This document shows, in pieces, positions 16,837 through 27,437 of a stretch of 64,000 nucleotides of DNA. The stretch lies in NCBI RefSeq assembly GCF_030013205.1, contig NZ_CP122648.1; one strand, written 5' to 3'. Each line of letters opens with the position of its first letter. The first letter of the stretch is position 1. The position numbers were made by a program, and so were the translations under genes. Below the pieces are notes generated by a model. That model saw nothing but the letters and a program-made list of their open reading frames with translations, was not told the DNA's origin and did not search any database. The stretch is from Escherichia coli (GTDB lineage: Bacteria > Pseudomonadota > Gammaproteobacteria > Enterobacterales > Enterobacteriaceae).

Positions 16837-17658
16837 ATGGCTAAAGCAAACTCTTCATTTTCTGAAGTGCAAATTGCCCGTCGTATTAAAGAGGGGCGTG
16901 GCCAAGGGCATGGTAAAGACTATATTCCATGGCTAACAGTACAAGAAGTTCCTTCTTCAGGTCGTTCCCACCGTATTTATTCTCATAAGACGGGACGAGT
17001 CCATCATTTGCTATCTGACTTAGAGCTTGCTGTTTTTCTCAGTCTTGAGTGGGAGAGCAGCGTGCTAGATATACGCGAGCAGTTCCCCTTATTACCTAGT
17101 GATACCAGGCAGATTGCAATAGATAGTGGTATTAAGCATCCTGTTATTCGTGGTGTAGATCAGGTTATGTCTACTGATTTTTTAGTGGACTGCAAAGATG
17201 GTCCTTTTGAGCAGTTTGCTATTCAAGTCAAACCTGCAGCAGCCTTACAAGACGAGCGTACCTTAGAAAAACTAGAACTAGAGCGTCGCTATTGGCAGCA
17301 AAAGCAAATTCCTTGGTTCATTTTTACTGATAAAGAAATAAATCCCGTAGTAAAAGAAAATATTGAATGGCTTTATTCAGTGAAAACAGAAGAAGTTTCT
17401 GCGGAGCTTTTAGCACAACTATCCCCATTGGCCCATATCCTGCAAGAAAAAGGAGATGAAAACATTATCAATGTCTGTAAGCAGGTTGATATTGCTTATG
17501 ATTTGGAGTTAGGCAAAACATTGAGTGAGATACGAGCCTTAACCGCAAATGGTTTTATTAAGTTCAATATTTATAAGTCTTTCAGGGCAAATAAGTGTGC
17601 AGATCTCTGTATTAGCCAAGTAGTGAATATGGAGGAGTTGCGCTATGTGGCAAATTAA
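16837..17658 (+). CDS. tnsA: Tn7 transposase subunit TnsA (endonuclease-like)
   Basis: 273-aa ORF (MAKANSSFSEVQIARRIKEGRGQGHGKDYIPWLTVQEV...) recognised as TnsA. Confidence 0.96.
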   Translation: MAKANSSFSEVQIARRIKEGRGQGHGKDYIPWLTVQEVPSSGRSHRIYSHKTGRVHHLLSDLELAVFLSLEWESSVLDIREQFPLLPSDTRQIAIDSGIKHPVIRGVDQVMSTDFLVDCKDGPFEQFAIQVKPAAALQDERTLEKLELERRYWQQKQIPWFIFTDKEINPVVKENIEWLYSVKTEEVSAELLAQLSPLAHILQEKGDENIINVCKQVDIAYDLELGKTLSEIRALTANGFIKFNIYKSFRANKCADLCISQVVNMEELRYVAN

Positions 17659-19753
17659 TGAGGTTGTGCTATTTGATAATGATCCGTATCGCATTTTGGC
17701 TATAGAGGATGGCCAAGTTGTCTGGATGCAAATAAGCGCTGATAAAGGAGTTCCACAAGCTAGGGCTGAGTTGTTGCTAATGCAGTATTTAGATGAAGGC
17801 CGCTTAGTTAGAACTGATGACCCTTATGTACATCTTGATTTAGAAGAGCCGTCTGTAGATTCTGTCAGCTTCCAGAAGCGCGAGGAGGATTATCGAAAAA
17901 TTCTTCCTATTATTAATAGTAAGGATCGTTTCGACCCTAAAGTCAGAAGCGAACTCGTTGAGCATGTGGTCCAAGAACATAAGGTTACTAAGGCTACAGT
18001 TTATAAGTTGTTACGCCGTTACTGGCAGCGTGGTCAAACGCCTAATGCATTAATTCCTGACTACAAAAACAGCGGTGCACCAGGGGAAAGACGTTCAGCG
18101 ACAGGAACAGCAAAGATTGGCCGAGCCAGAGAATATGGTAAGGGTGAAGGAACCAAGGTAACGCCCGAGATTGAACGCCTTTTTAGGTTGACCATAGAAA
18201 AGCACCTGTTAAATCAAAAAGGTACAAAGACCACCGTTGCCTATAGACGATTTGTGGACTTGTTTGCTCAGTATTTTCCTCGCATTCCCCAAGAGGATTA
18301 CCCAACACTACGTCAGTTTCGTTATTTTTATGATCGAGAATACCCTAAAGCTCAGCGCTTAAAGTCTAGAGTTAAAGCAGGGGTATATAAAAAAGACGTA
18401 CGACCCTTAAGTAGTACAGCCACTTCTCAGGCGTTAGGCCCTGGGAGTCGTTATGAGATTGATGCCACGATTGCTGATATTTATTTAGTGGATCATCATG
18501 ATCGCCAAAAAATCATAGGAAGACCAACGCTTTACATTGTGATTGATGTGTTTAGTCGGATGATCACGGGCTTTTATATCGGCTTTGAAAATCCGTCTTA
18601 TGTGGTGGCGATGCAGGCTTTTGTAAATGCTTGCTCTGACAAAACGGCCATTTGTGCCCAGCATGATATTGAGATTAGTAGCTCAGACTGGCCGTGTGTA
18701 GGTTTGCCAGATGTGTTGCTAGCGGACCGTGGCGAATTAATGAGTCATCAGGTCGAAGCCTTAGTTTCTAGTTTTAATGTGCGAGTGGAAAGTGCTCCAC
18801 CTAGACGTGGCGATGCTAAAGGCATAGTGGAAAGCACTTTTAGAACACTACAAGCCGAGTTTAAGTCCTTTGCACCTGGCATTGTAGAGGGCAGTCGGAT
18901 CAAAAGCCATGGTGAAACAGACTATAGGTTAGATGCATCTCTGTCGGTATTTGAGTTCACACAAATTATTTTGCGTACGATCTTATTCAGAAATAACCAT
19001 CTGGTGATGGATAAATACGATCGAGATGCTGATTTTCCTACAGATTTACCGTCTATTCCTGTCCAGCTATGGCAATGGGGTATGCAGCATCGTACAGGTA
19101 GTTTAAGGGCTGTGGAGCAAGAGCAGTTGCGAGTAGCGTTACTGCCTCGCCGAAAGGTCTCTATTTCTTCATTTGGCGTTAATTTGTGGGGTTTGTATTA
19201 CTCGGGGTCAGAGATTCTGCGTGAGGGTTGGTTGCAGCGGAGCACTGATATAGCTAGACCTCAACATTTAGAAGCGGCTTATGACCCAGTGCTGGTTGAT
19301 ACGATTTATTTGTTTCCGCAAGTTGGCAGCCGTGTATTTTGGCGCTGTAATCTGACGGAACGTAGTCGGCAGTTTAAAGGTCTCTCATTTTGGGAGGTTT
19401 GGGATATACAAGCACAAGAAAAACACAATAAAGCCAATGCGAAGCAGGATGAGTTAACTAAACGCAGGGAGCTTGAGGCGTTTATTCAGCAAACCATTCA
19501 GAAAGCGAATAAGTTAACGCCCAGTACTACTGAGCCCAAATCAACACGCATTAAGCAGATTAAAACTAATAAAAAAGAAGCCGTGACCTCGGAGCGTAAA
19601 AAACGTGCGGAGCATTTGAAGCCAAGCTCTTCAGGTGATGAGGCTAAAGTTATTCCTTTCAACGCAGTGGAAGCGGATGATCAAGAAGATTACAGCCTAC
19701 CCACATACGTGCCTGAATTATTTCAGGATCCACCAGAAAAGGATGAGTCATGA
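17645..19753 (+). CDS. tnsB: Tn7 transposase subunit TnsB (DDE recombinase)
   Basis: 702-aa ORF overlapping the tnsA 3' end. Confidence 0.96.
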
Positions 19754-21417
19754 GTGCTACCCGGATTCAAGCAGTTTATCGTGATACGGGGGTAGAGGCT
19801 TATCGTGATAATCCTTTTATCGAGGCCTTACCACCATTACAAGAGTCAGTGAATAGTGCTGCATCACTGAAATCCTCTTTACAGCTTACTTCCTCTGACT
19901 TGCAAAAGTCCCGTGTTATCAGAGCTCATACCATTTGTCGTATTCCAGATGACTATTTTCAGCCATTAGGTACGCATTTGCTACTAAGTGAGCGTATTTC
20001 GGTCATGATTCGAGGTGGCTACGTAGGCAGAAATCCTAAAACAGGAGATTTACAAAAGCATTTACAAAATGGTTATGAGCGTGTTCAAACGGGAGAGTTG
20101 GAGACATTTCGCTTTGAGGAGGCACGATCTACGGCACAAAGCTTATTGTTAATTGGTTGTTCTGGTAGTGGGAAGACGACCTCTCTTCATCGTATTCTAG
20201 CCACGTATCCTCAGGTGATTTACCATCGTGAACTCAATGTAGAGCAGGTGGTGTATTTGAAAATAGACTGCTCGCATAATGGTTCGCTAAAAGAAATCTG
20301 CTTGAATTTTTTCAGAGCGTTGGATCGAGCCTTGGGCTCGAACTATGAGCGTCGTTATGGCTTAAAACGTCATGGTATAGAAACCATGTTGGCTTTGATG
20401 TCGCAAATAGCCAATGCACATGCTTTAGGGTTGTTGGTTATTGATGAAATTCAGCATTTAAGCCGCTCTCGTTCGGGTGGATCTCAAGAGATGCTGAACT
20501 TTTTTGTGACGATGGTGAATATTATTGGCGTACCAGTGATGTTGATTGGTACCCCTAAAGCACGAGAGATTTTTGAGGCTGATTTGCGGTCTGCACGTAG
20601 AGGGGCAGGGTTTGGAGCTATATTCTGGGATCCTATACAACAAACGCAACGTGGAAAGCCCAATCAAGAGTGGATCGCTTTTACGGATAATCTTTGGCAA
20701 TTACAGCTTTTACAACGCAAAGATGCGCTGTTATCGGATGAGGTCCGTGATGTGTGGTATGAGCTAAGCCAAGGAGTGATGGACATTGTAGTAAAACTTT
20801 TTGTACTCGCTCAGCTCCGTGCGCTAGCTTTAGGCAATGAGCGTATTACCGCTGGTTTATTGCGGCAAGTGTATCAAGATGAGTTAAAGCCTGTGCACCC
20901 CATGCTAGAGGCATTACGCTCGGGTATCCCAGAACGCATTGCTCGTTATTCTGATCTAGTCGTTCCCGAGATTGATAAACGGTTAATCCAACTTCAGCTA
21001 GATATCGCAGCGATACAAGAACAAACACCAGAAGAAAAAGCCCTTCAAGAGTTAGATACCGAAGATCAGCGTCATTTATATCTGATGCTGAAAGAGGATT
21101 ACGATTCAAGCCTGTTAATTCCCACTATTAAAAAAGCGTTTAGCCAGAATCCAACGATGACAAGACAAAAGTTACTGCCTCTTGTTTTGCAGTGGTTGAT
21201 GGAAGGCGAAACGGTAGTGTCAGAACTAGAAAAGCCCTCCAAGAGTAAAAAGGTTTCGGCTATAAAGGTAGTCAAGCCCAGCGACTGGGATAGCTTGCCT
21301 GATACGGATTTACGTTATATCTATTCACAACGCCAACCTGAAAAAACCATGCATGAACGGTTAAAAGGGAAAGGGGTAATAGTGGATATGGCGAGCTTAT
21401 TTAAACAAGCAGGTTAG
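19750..21417 (+). CDS. tnsC: Tn7 ATP-dependent regulator TnsC
   Basis: 555-aa ORF with Walker A motif GCSGSGKT. Confidence 0.96.
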
Positions 21418-21419
21418 CC

Positions 21420-22946
21420 ATGAGAAACTTTCCTGTTCCGTACTCGAATGAGCTGATTTATAGCACTATTGCACGGGCAGGCGTTTATCAAGGGATTGTT
21501 AGTCCTAAGCAGCTGTTGGATGAGGTGTATGGCAACCGCAAGGTGGTCGCTACCTTAGGTCTGCCCTCGCATTTAGGTGTGATAGCAAGACATCTACATC
21601 AAACAGGACGTTACGCTGTTCAGCAGCTTATTTATGAGCATACCTTATTCCCTTTATATGCTCCGTTTGTAGGCAAGGAGCGCCGAGACGAAGCTATTCG
21701 GTTAATGGAGTACCAAGCGCAAGGTGCGGTGCATTTAATGCTAGGAGTCGCTGCTTCTAGAGTTAAGAGCGATAACCGCTTTAGATACTGCCCTGATTGC
21801 GTTGCTCTTCAGCTAAATAGGTATGGGGAAGCCTTTTGGCAACGAGATTGGTATTTGCCCGCTTTGCCATATTGTCCAAAACACGGTGCTTTAGTCTTCT
21901 TTGATAGAGCTGTAGATGATCACCGACATCAATTTTGGGCTTTGGGTCATACTGAGCTGCTTTCAGACTACCCCAAAGACTCCCTATCTCAATTAACAGC
22001 ACTAGCTGCTTATATAGCCCCTCTGTTAGATGCTCCACGAGCGCAAGAGCTTTCCCCAAGCCTTGAGCAGTGGACGCTGTTTTATCAGCGCTTAGCGCAG
22101 GATCTAGGGCTAACCAAAAGCAAGCACATTCGTCATGACTTGGTGGCGGAGAGAGTGAGGCAGACTTTTAGTGATGAGGCACTAGAGAAACTGGATTTAA
22201 AGTTGGCAGAGAACAAGGACACGTGTTGGCTGAAAAGTATATTCCGTAAGCATAGAAAAGCCTTTAGTTATTTACAGCATAGTATTGTGTGGCAAGCCTT
22301 ATTGCCAAAACTAACGGTTATAGAAGCGCTACAGCAGGCAAGTGCTCTTACTGAGCACTCTATAACGACAAGACCTGTTAGCCAGTCTGTGCAACCTAAC
22401 TCTGAAGATTTATCTGTTAAGCATAAAGACTGGCAGCAACTAGTGCATAAATACCAAGGAATTAAGGCGGCAAGACAGTCTTTAGAGGGTGGGGTGCTAT
22501 ACGCTTGGCTTTACCGACATGACAGGGATTGGCTAGTTCACTGGAATCAACAGCATCAACAAGAGCGTCTGGCACCCGCCCCTAGAGTTGATTGGAACCA
22601 AAGAGATCGAATTGCTGTACGACAACTATTAAGAATCATAAAGCGTCTAGATAGTAGCCTTGATCACCCAAGAGCGACATCGAGCTGGCTGTTAAAGCAA
22701 ACTCCTAACGGAACCTCTCTTGCAAAAAATCTACAGAAACTGCCTTTGGTAGCGCTTTGCTTAAAGCGTTACTCAGAGAGTGTGGAAGATTATCAAATTA
22801 GACGGATTAGCCAAGCTTTTATTAAGCTTAAACAGGAAGATGTTGAGCTTAGGCGCTGGCGATTATTAAGAAGTGCAACGTTATCTAAAGAGCGGATAAC
22901 TGAGGAAGCACAAAGATTCTTGGAAATGGTTTATGGGGAAGAGTGA
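21420..22946 (+). CDS. tnsD: Tn7 target selector TnsD (attTn7/glmS binding)
   Basis: 508-aa ORF with N-terminal CCHC-type zinc-finger residues; operon position. Confidence 0.95.
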   Translation: MRNFPVPYSNELIYSTIARAGVYQGIVSPKQLLDEVYGNRKVVATLGLPSHLGVIARHLHQTGRYAVQQLIYEHTLFPLYAPFVGKERRDEAIRLMEYQAQGAVHLMLGVAASRVKSDNRFRYCPDCVALQLNRYGEAFWQRDWYLPALPYCPKHGALVFFDRAVDDHRHQFWALGHTELLSDYPKDSLSQLTALAAYIAPLLDAPRAQELSPSLEQWTLFYQRLAQDLGLTKSKHIRHDLVAERVRQTFSDEALEKLDLKLAENKDTCWLKSIFRKHRKAFSYLQHSIVWQALLPKLTVIEALQQASALTEHSITTRPVSQSVQPNSEDLSVKHKDWQQLVHKYQGIKAARQSLEGGVLYAWLYRHDRDWLVHWNQQHQQERLAPAPRVDWNQRDRIAVRQLLRIIKRLDSSLDHPRATSSWLLKQTPNGTSLAKNLQKLPLVALCLKRYSESVEDYQIRRISQAFIKLKQEDVELRRWRLLRSATLSKERITEEAQRFLEMVYGEE

Positions 22947-24563
22947 GTGGTTAGGCTAGCTACATTTAATGACAATGTGCAGGTTGTACATATTGGTCAT
23001 TTATTCCGTAACTCGGGTCATAAGGAGTGGCGTATTTTTGTTTGGTTTAATCCAATGCAAGAACGGAAATGGACTCGATTTACTCATTTGCCTTTATTAA
23101 GTCGAGCTAAGGTGGTTAACAGTACAACAAAGCAAATAAATAAGGCGGATCGTGTGATTGAGTTTGAAGCATCGGATCTTCAACGAGCCAAAATAATCGA
23201 TTTTCCTAATCTCTCGTCCTTTGCTTCCGTACGCAACAAGGATGGAGCGCAGAGTTCATTTATTTACGAAGCTGAAACACCATATAGCAAGACTCGTTAT
23301 CACATCCCACAGTTAGAGCTAGCTCGGTCATTATTTTTAATTAACTCCTATTTCTGTCGAAGCTGTTTGAGCAGTACCGCTTTACAGCAAGAGTTCGACG
23401 TTCAGTATGAGGTTGAGCGAGATCATTTAGAGATAAGGATCTTACCCAGTTCATCGTTTCCTAAAGGGGCGTTAGAGCAGTCGGCCGTAGTGCAGCTTTT
23501 GGTTTGGTTGTTTTCGGATCAAGATGTTATGGATTCGTATGAAAGTATTTTTAGGCACTATCAACAAAATAGAGAAATTAAGAACGGCGTTGAAAGCTGG
23601 TGCTTTAGCTTTGACCCTCCGCCCATGCAGGGTTGGAAATTACATGTAAAAGGACGTTCTTCTAACGAGGATAAGGATTATTTAGTTGAGGAAATAGTAG
23701 GTTTAGAAATCAACGCTATGCTTCCTAGCACAACAGCTATTAGCCATGCCTCTTTTCAGGAAAAGGAGGCAGGTGATGGTAGTACGCAGCACATAGCGGT
23801 TTCAACAGAGTCAGTTGTTGATGATGAGCATCTACAGTTGGACGATGAGGAAACAGCCAATATAGACACAGACACACGAGTCATAGAGGCTGAGCCGACA
23901 TGGATAAGTTTTAGTAGACCTAGTCGAATTGAAAAATCTCGCAGGGCAAGAAAAAGTAGCCAAACTATTTTAGAAAAAGAAGAAGCAACAACAAGTGAAA
24001 ATAGTAATTTGGTTAGTACTGATGAGCCACACTTAGGTGGTGTCCTAGCAGCGGCAGATGTGGGTGGGAAGCAGGATGCAACCAATTACAACTCTATTTT
24101 TGCTAATCGATTTGCTGCTTTTGATGAGCTACTTTCAATTCTAAAAACTAAATTTGCATGTCGGGTGCTTTTTGAAGAAACCTTGGTTTTGCCAAAAGTT
24201 GGGCGTAGCCGATTACATCTGTGTAAAGATGGCTCACCAAGAGTGATTAAAGCCGTTGGGGTGCAACGTAATGGCAGTGAATTTGTATTGCTAGAGGTGG
24301 ATGCATCGGATGGGGTGAAAATGCTTTCTACCAAAGTGTTGAGTGGCGTTGATAGCGAAACATGGCGGAATGATTTTGAAAAGATACGGCGTGGAGTGGT
24401 GAAGAGCTCATTGAATTGGCCAAATAGTTTGTTTGATCAATTATATGGACAAGACGGGCATAGAGGGGTGAATCATCCAAAGGGGTTGGGGGAGCTGCAA
24501 GTATCGAGAGAGGATATGGAAGGGTGGGCTGAGAGAGTGGTTAGAGAGCAATTTACGCATTAA
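22947..24563 (+). CDS. tnsE: Tn7 target selector TnsE
   Basis: 538-aa ORF with GTG start directly after the tnsD stop. Confidence 0.94.
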   Translation: MVRLATFNDNVQVVHIGHLFRNSGHKEWRIFVWFNPMQERKWTRFTHLPLLSRAKVVNSTTKQINKADRVIEFEASDLQRAKIIDFPNLSSFASVRNKDGAQSSFIYEAETPYSKTRYHIPQLELARSLFLINSYFCRSCLSSTALQQEFDVQYEVERDHLEIRILPSSSFPKGALEQSAVVQLLVWLFSDQDVMDSYESIFRHYQQNREIKNGVESWCFSFDPPPMQGWKLHVKGRSSNEDKDYLVEEIVGLEINAMLPSTTAISHASFQEKEAGDGSTQHIAVSTESVVDDEHLQLDDEETANIDTDTRVIEAEPTWISFSRPSRIEKSRRARKSSQTILEKEEATTSENSNLVSTDEPHLGGVLAAADVGGKQDATNYNSIFANRFAAFDELLSILKTKFACRVLFEETLVLPKVGRSRLHLCKDGSPRVIKAVGVQRNGSEFVLLEVDASDGVKMLSTKVLSGVDSETWRNDFEKIRRGVVKSSLNWPNSLFDQLYGQDGHRGVNHPKGLGELQVSREDMEGWAERVVREQFTH

Positions 24564-24618
24564 AGGAATGACTGAAAGAGCCTGTAAACCCTTTTGTGTA
24601 AGTGCTTTTGCCGGTCAG

Positions 24619-24777
24619 TTAAAGGTGGCCATTTAAACGGTCACCAAATTCGATCATAAAACGGTTCATGGCCGGCTTCCAGTTGCGGATCGGCATCGTC
24701 CATTTCTTGGTCGCCGCCTGGATAGCCAGGTACACCACCTTCATCGCTGATTCGTCCGTAGGGAACACCTTGAGTTC
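24619..24777 (-). pseudogene. 3' remnant of an IS256/Mutator-family transposase gene
   Basis: Minus-strand frame reads ...LKVFPTDESAMKVVYLAIQAATKKWTMPIRNWKPAMNRFMIEFGDRL..., which resembles the conserved C-terminal region of IS256-family transposases; there is no N-terminal part or start codon. Confidence 0.55.
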
Positions 24778-24793
24778 ATATTAATGGAATTTT

Positions 24794-25171
24794 CTACAAA
24801 TAGCCTCCGTGGTTTTGAGGGGGGATTACAGACGATCCATAGTAGTAATCCAATGAGTTCTTGAGCGCGGCGACATGTTTGGACGCCTTGGCAAAAATTA
24901 GAGCCTGCTTGAAGTGCAGGCGAGCACGTGCTTGGACGATTGATCCATTCGCGGTCAAAAACTCAATCTTGGATGACAGCGTGTCAGGAAATCCAATATC
25001 GAAGTCCCGCCCCGTGTCAAAGTAGGGCATTTCATGATCAAAGGACGAAGCTTCCCAGGCCACTTCCCTAATATTCCAGCCGCTAGAAACAAGATTTCGT
25101 ACGACTTCATCAACTTTTTTGCTTTCCAACTTGTCACAAAGTGCATAGGCAAGAGCTTTGGCGGCAGACAC
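24794..25171 (-). CDS. hypothetical protein in the Tn7 variable region
   Basis: 125-aa ORF co-oriented with the cassette array; no recognisable motif. Confidence 0.45.
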   Translation of the reverse strand: MSAAKALAYALCDKLESKKVDEVVRNLVSSGWNIREVAWEASSFDHEMPYFDTGRDFDIGFPDTLSSKIEFLTANGSIVQARARLHFKQALIFAKASKHVAALKNSLDYYYGSSVIPPQNHGGYL

Positions 25172-25224
25172 GTGCGTTTCCTCTTAAACATAGGTCGAAC
25201 GGATACCCGAGGCAAAGCGGAGCA

Positions 25225-25548
25225 TTAGTCCCAAAGCATCTCCGGTAGATCCGGAGGCTCCATACTGAAGGCATGGCATCTTGGGCATTGATATTTGAAA
25301 CTTCTCTCTAGATAGCAGGGATTTCTTGGCCTTGCCTCATGCTGATAGCTTGTAAATATCACACGATCCTTAGCCCCACAAAGTGAGCATACTCCGTAGC
25401 TTTCATTTATAGAAATCGTCGTTAGATTGTCGCAGCATGTGCACGTTCCGACTATTTGCTCAGGAAGCATCGCCATACCTTGGCCTAGGTAAAGAAGATC
25501 AGACTCGTAGCCACATCGGTGGCAACTGAGCTTGTACGCAATGCCCAT
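25225..25548 (-). CDS. hypothetical Cys-rich (zinc-ribbon-like) protein in the Tn7 variable region
   Basis: 107-aa ORF with paired CxxC-type motifs (CHRCG..., CTCCD, CSLCG, CPRCH). Confidence 0.45.
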   Translation of the reverse strand: MGIAYKLSCHRCGYESDLLYLGQGMAMLPEQIVGTCTCCDNLTTISINESYGVCSLCGAKDRVIFTSYQHEARPRNPCYLERSFKYQCPRCHAFSMEPPDLPEMLWD

Positions 25549-25580
25549 CTGGTTGTCTCACCTGAATCGTAACGTCAGAG

Positions 25581-25952
25581 CTATTCATCCATCCATTCGG
25601 CATCAATGTATGCCACTAAGCCGACCAGCTGACCGTTTGGACTGAAGTATGTTGCCTGCACCCCACTTGACATCTCATCAATACCACCGCACTGCGCTAG
25701 GCGCCGGTCCCACTTGCCCACAGAAGCGTCAGGATCGGCTGAGTTCCCCAAGACCCTTGTGAGCCATGCCTCCTTTAACTCAACCTCTCGAATGATTGCG
25801 TCGGCCAGCTCCTCCGCGTTATCTAGTTCGACATAGTCTGGAATTCGGACGTACGTTCTGAACACAGCTGGATACTTACTTGGGCGATTGTCATACATGA
25901 CATCAACAATGTACCCGTTTGTGTAACCGTCTCTTGGAGGTTCGTATGACAC
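25581..25952 (-). CDS. hypothetical protein in the Tn7 variable region
   Basis: 123-aa ORF with GTG start, preceded by a GTTAGGC core-site-like sequence. Confidence 0.45.
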   Translation of the reverse strand: MSYEPPRDGYTNGYIVDVMYDNRPSKYPAVFRTYVRIPDYVELDNAEELADAIIREVELKEAWLTRVLGNSADPDASVGKWDRRLAQCGGIDEMSSGVQATYFSPNGQLVGLVAYIDAEWMDE

Positions 25953-26012
25953 TAGTGGTTCCCCTCAGCTTGCGACTAGATGTTGAGGCCTAACATTTTA
26001 TTAGAGAGCAGG

Positions 26013-26510
26013 CTAGTTGCTTAGATACATGATCTTCAGGCCGTTATCTGTCAGGGCAAGCGAAAATTGGCCATTTATGACGACCAATGCCCCGCAGAAG
26101 CTCCCATCTTTGCCGCCATAGACGCCGCGCCCCCCTTTTGGGGTGTAGAACATCCTTTTGCCAGATGTGGAAAAGAAGTTCGTTGTCCCATTGTTGGCAA
26201 TGACGTAGTAGCCGGCGAAAGTGCGAGACCCATTTGCGCTATATATAAGCCTACGATTTCCGTTGCGACTATTGTCGTAATTGGATGAACTATTATCGTA
26301 GTTGCTCTCAGAGTTGTCGTAATTTGATGGACTATTGTCGTAATTGCTTATGGAGTTGTCGTAGTTGCTTGGAGAAATGTCGTAGTTGGATGGGGAGTAG
26401 TCATAGGGAAGACGAGCTTCATCCACTAAAACAATTGGCAGGTCAGCAAGTGCCTGCCCCGATGCCATCGCAAGTACGAGGCTTAGAACCACCTTCAACA
26501 GATCGCGCAT
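26013..26510 (-). CDS. hypothetical secreted protein with tandem heptad repeats (S-x-S-N-Y-D-N)
   Basis: 165-aa ORF with an N-terminal signal-peptide-like segment (MRDLLKVVLSLVLAMASGQALA) and about seven SPSNYDN-type repeats, encoded by 21-bp tandem DNA repeats near 26280-26410. Confidence 0.55.
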   Translation of the reverse strand: MRDLLKVVLSLVLAMASGQALADLPIVLVDEARLPYDYSPSNYDISPSNYDNSISNYDNSPSNYDNSESNYDNSSSNYDNSRNGNRRLIYSANGSRTFAGYYVIANNGTTNFFSTSGKRMFYTPKGGRGVYGGKDGSFCGALVVINGQFSLALTDNGLKIMYLSN

Positions 26511-26523
26511 AGTCTTCCCCAGC

Positions 26524-26585
26524 TCTCTAACGCTTGAGTTAAGCCGCGCCGCGAAGCGGCGTCGGCTTGAACGAATTGTTAGACA
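26524..26585 (-). other. attC (59-be) recombination site of the aadA1 cassette
   Basis: Imperfect palindrome ttaagccgcgccgcgaagcggcgtcggcttgaacgaattgttagac directly after the aadA1 stop, typical of the aadA1 attC. Confidence 0.8.
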
Positions 26586-27374
26586 TTATTTGCCGACTAC
26601 CTTGGTGATCTCGCCTTTCACGTAGTGAACAAATTCTTCCAACTGATCTGCGCGCGAGGCCAAGCGATCTTCTTGTCCAAGATAAGCCTGCCTAGCTTCA
26701 AGTATGACGGGCTGATACTGGGCCGGCAGGCGCTCCATTGCCCAGTCGGCAGCGACATCCTTCGGCGCGATTTTGCCGGTTACTGCGCTGTACCAAATGC
26801 GGGACAACGTAAGCACTACATTTCGCTCATCGCCAGCCCAGTCGGGCGGCGAGTTCCATAGCGTTAAGGTTTCATTTAGCGCCTCAAATAGATCCTGTTC
26901 AGGAACCGGATCAAAGAGTTCCTCCGCCGCTGGACCTACCAAGGCAACGCTATGTTCTCTTGCTTTTGTCAGCAAGATAGCCAGATCAATGTCGATCGTG
27001 GCTGGCTCGAAGATACCTGCAAGAATGTCATTGCGCTGCCATTCTCCAAATTGCAGTTCGCGCTTAGCTGGATAACGCCACGGAATGATGTCGTCGTGCA
27101 CAACAATGGTGACTTCTACAGCGCGGAGAATCTCGCTCTCTCCAGGGGAAGCCGAAGTTTCCAAAAGGTCGTTGATCAAAGCTCGCCGCGTTGTTTCATC
27201 AAGCCTTACGGTCACCGTAACCAGCAAATCAATATCACTGTGTGGCTTCAGGCCGCCATCCACTGCGGAGCCGTACAAATGTACGGCCAGCAACGTCGGT
27301 TCGAGATGGCGCTCGATGACGCCAACTACCTCTGATAGTTGAGTCGATACTTCGGCGATCACCGCTTCCCTCAT
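26586..27374 (-). CDS. aadA1: aminoglycoside (3'')(9) adenylyltransferase (streptomycin/spectinomycin resistance)
   Basis: 262-aa ORF (MREAVIAEVSTQLSEVVGVIERHLEPTLLAVHLYGSAVDGGLKPHSDIDLLVTV...) recognised as AadA1. Confidence 0.96.
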   Translation of the reverse strand: MREAVIAEVSTQLSEVVGVIERHLEPTLLAVHLYGSAVDGGLKPHSDIDLLVTVTVRLDETTRRALINDLLETSASPGESEILRAVEVTIVVHDDIIPWRYPAKRELQFGEWQRNDILAGIFEPATIDIDLAILLTKAREHSVALVGPAAEELFDPVPEQDLFEALNETLTLWNSPPDWAGDERNVVLTLSRIWYSAVTGKIAPKDVAADWAMERLPAQYQPVILEARQAYLGQEDRLASRADQLEEFVHYVKGEITKVVGK

Positions 27375-27377
27375 GAT

Positions 27378-27437
27378 GTTTAACGCCTGAATTAAGCCGC
27401 GCCGCGAAGCGGTGTCGGCTTGAATGAATTGTTAGGC
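27378..27437 (-). other. attC recombination site of the sat2 cassette
   Basis: About 60-bp imperfect palindrome bounded by GCCTAAC (inverse core, overlapping the sat2 stop) and GTTAAAC (core) on the coding strand. Confidence 0.75.

Noticed and set aside
26250-26420. Tandem short repeats that could be mistaken for a CRISPR or minisatellite array
   Set aside because: 21-bp units with no spacers, lying in-frame inside a protein-coding ORF; these are coding heptad repeats.
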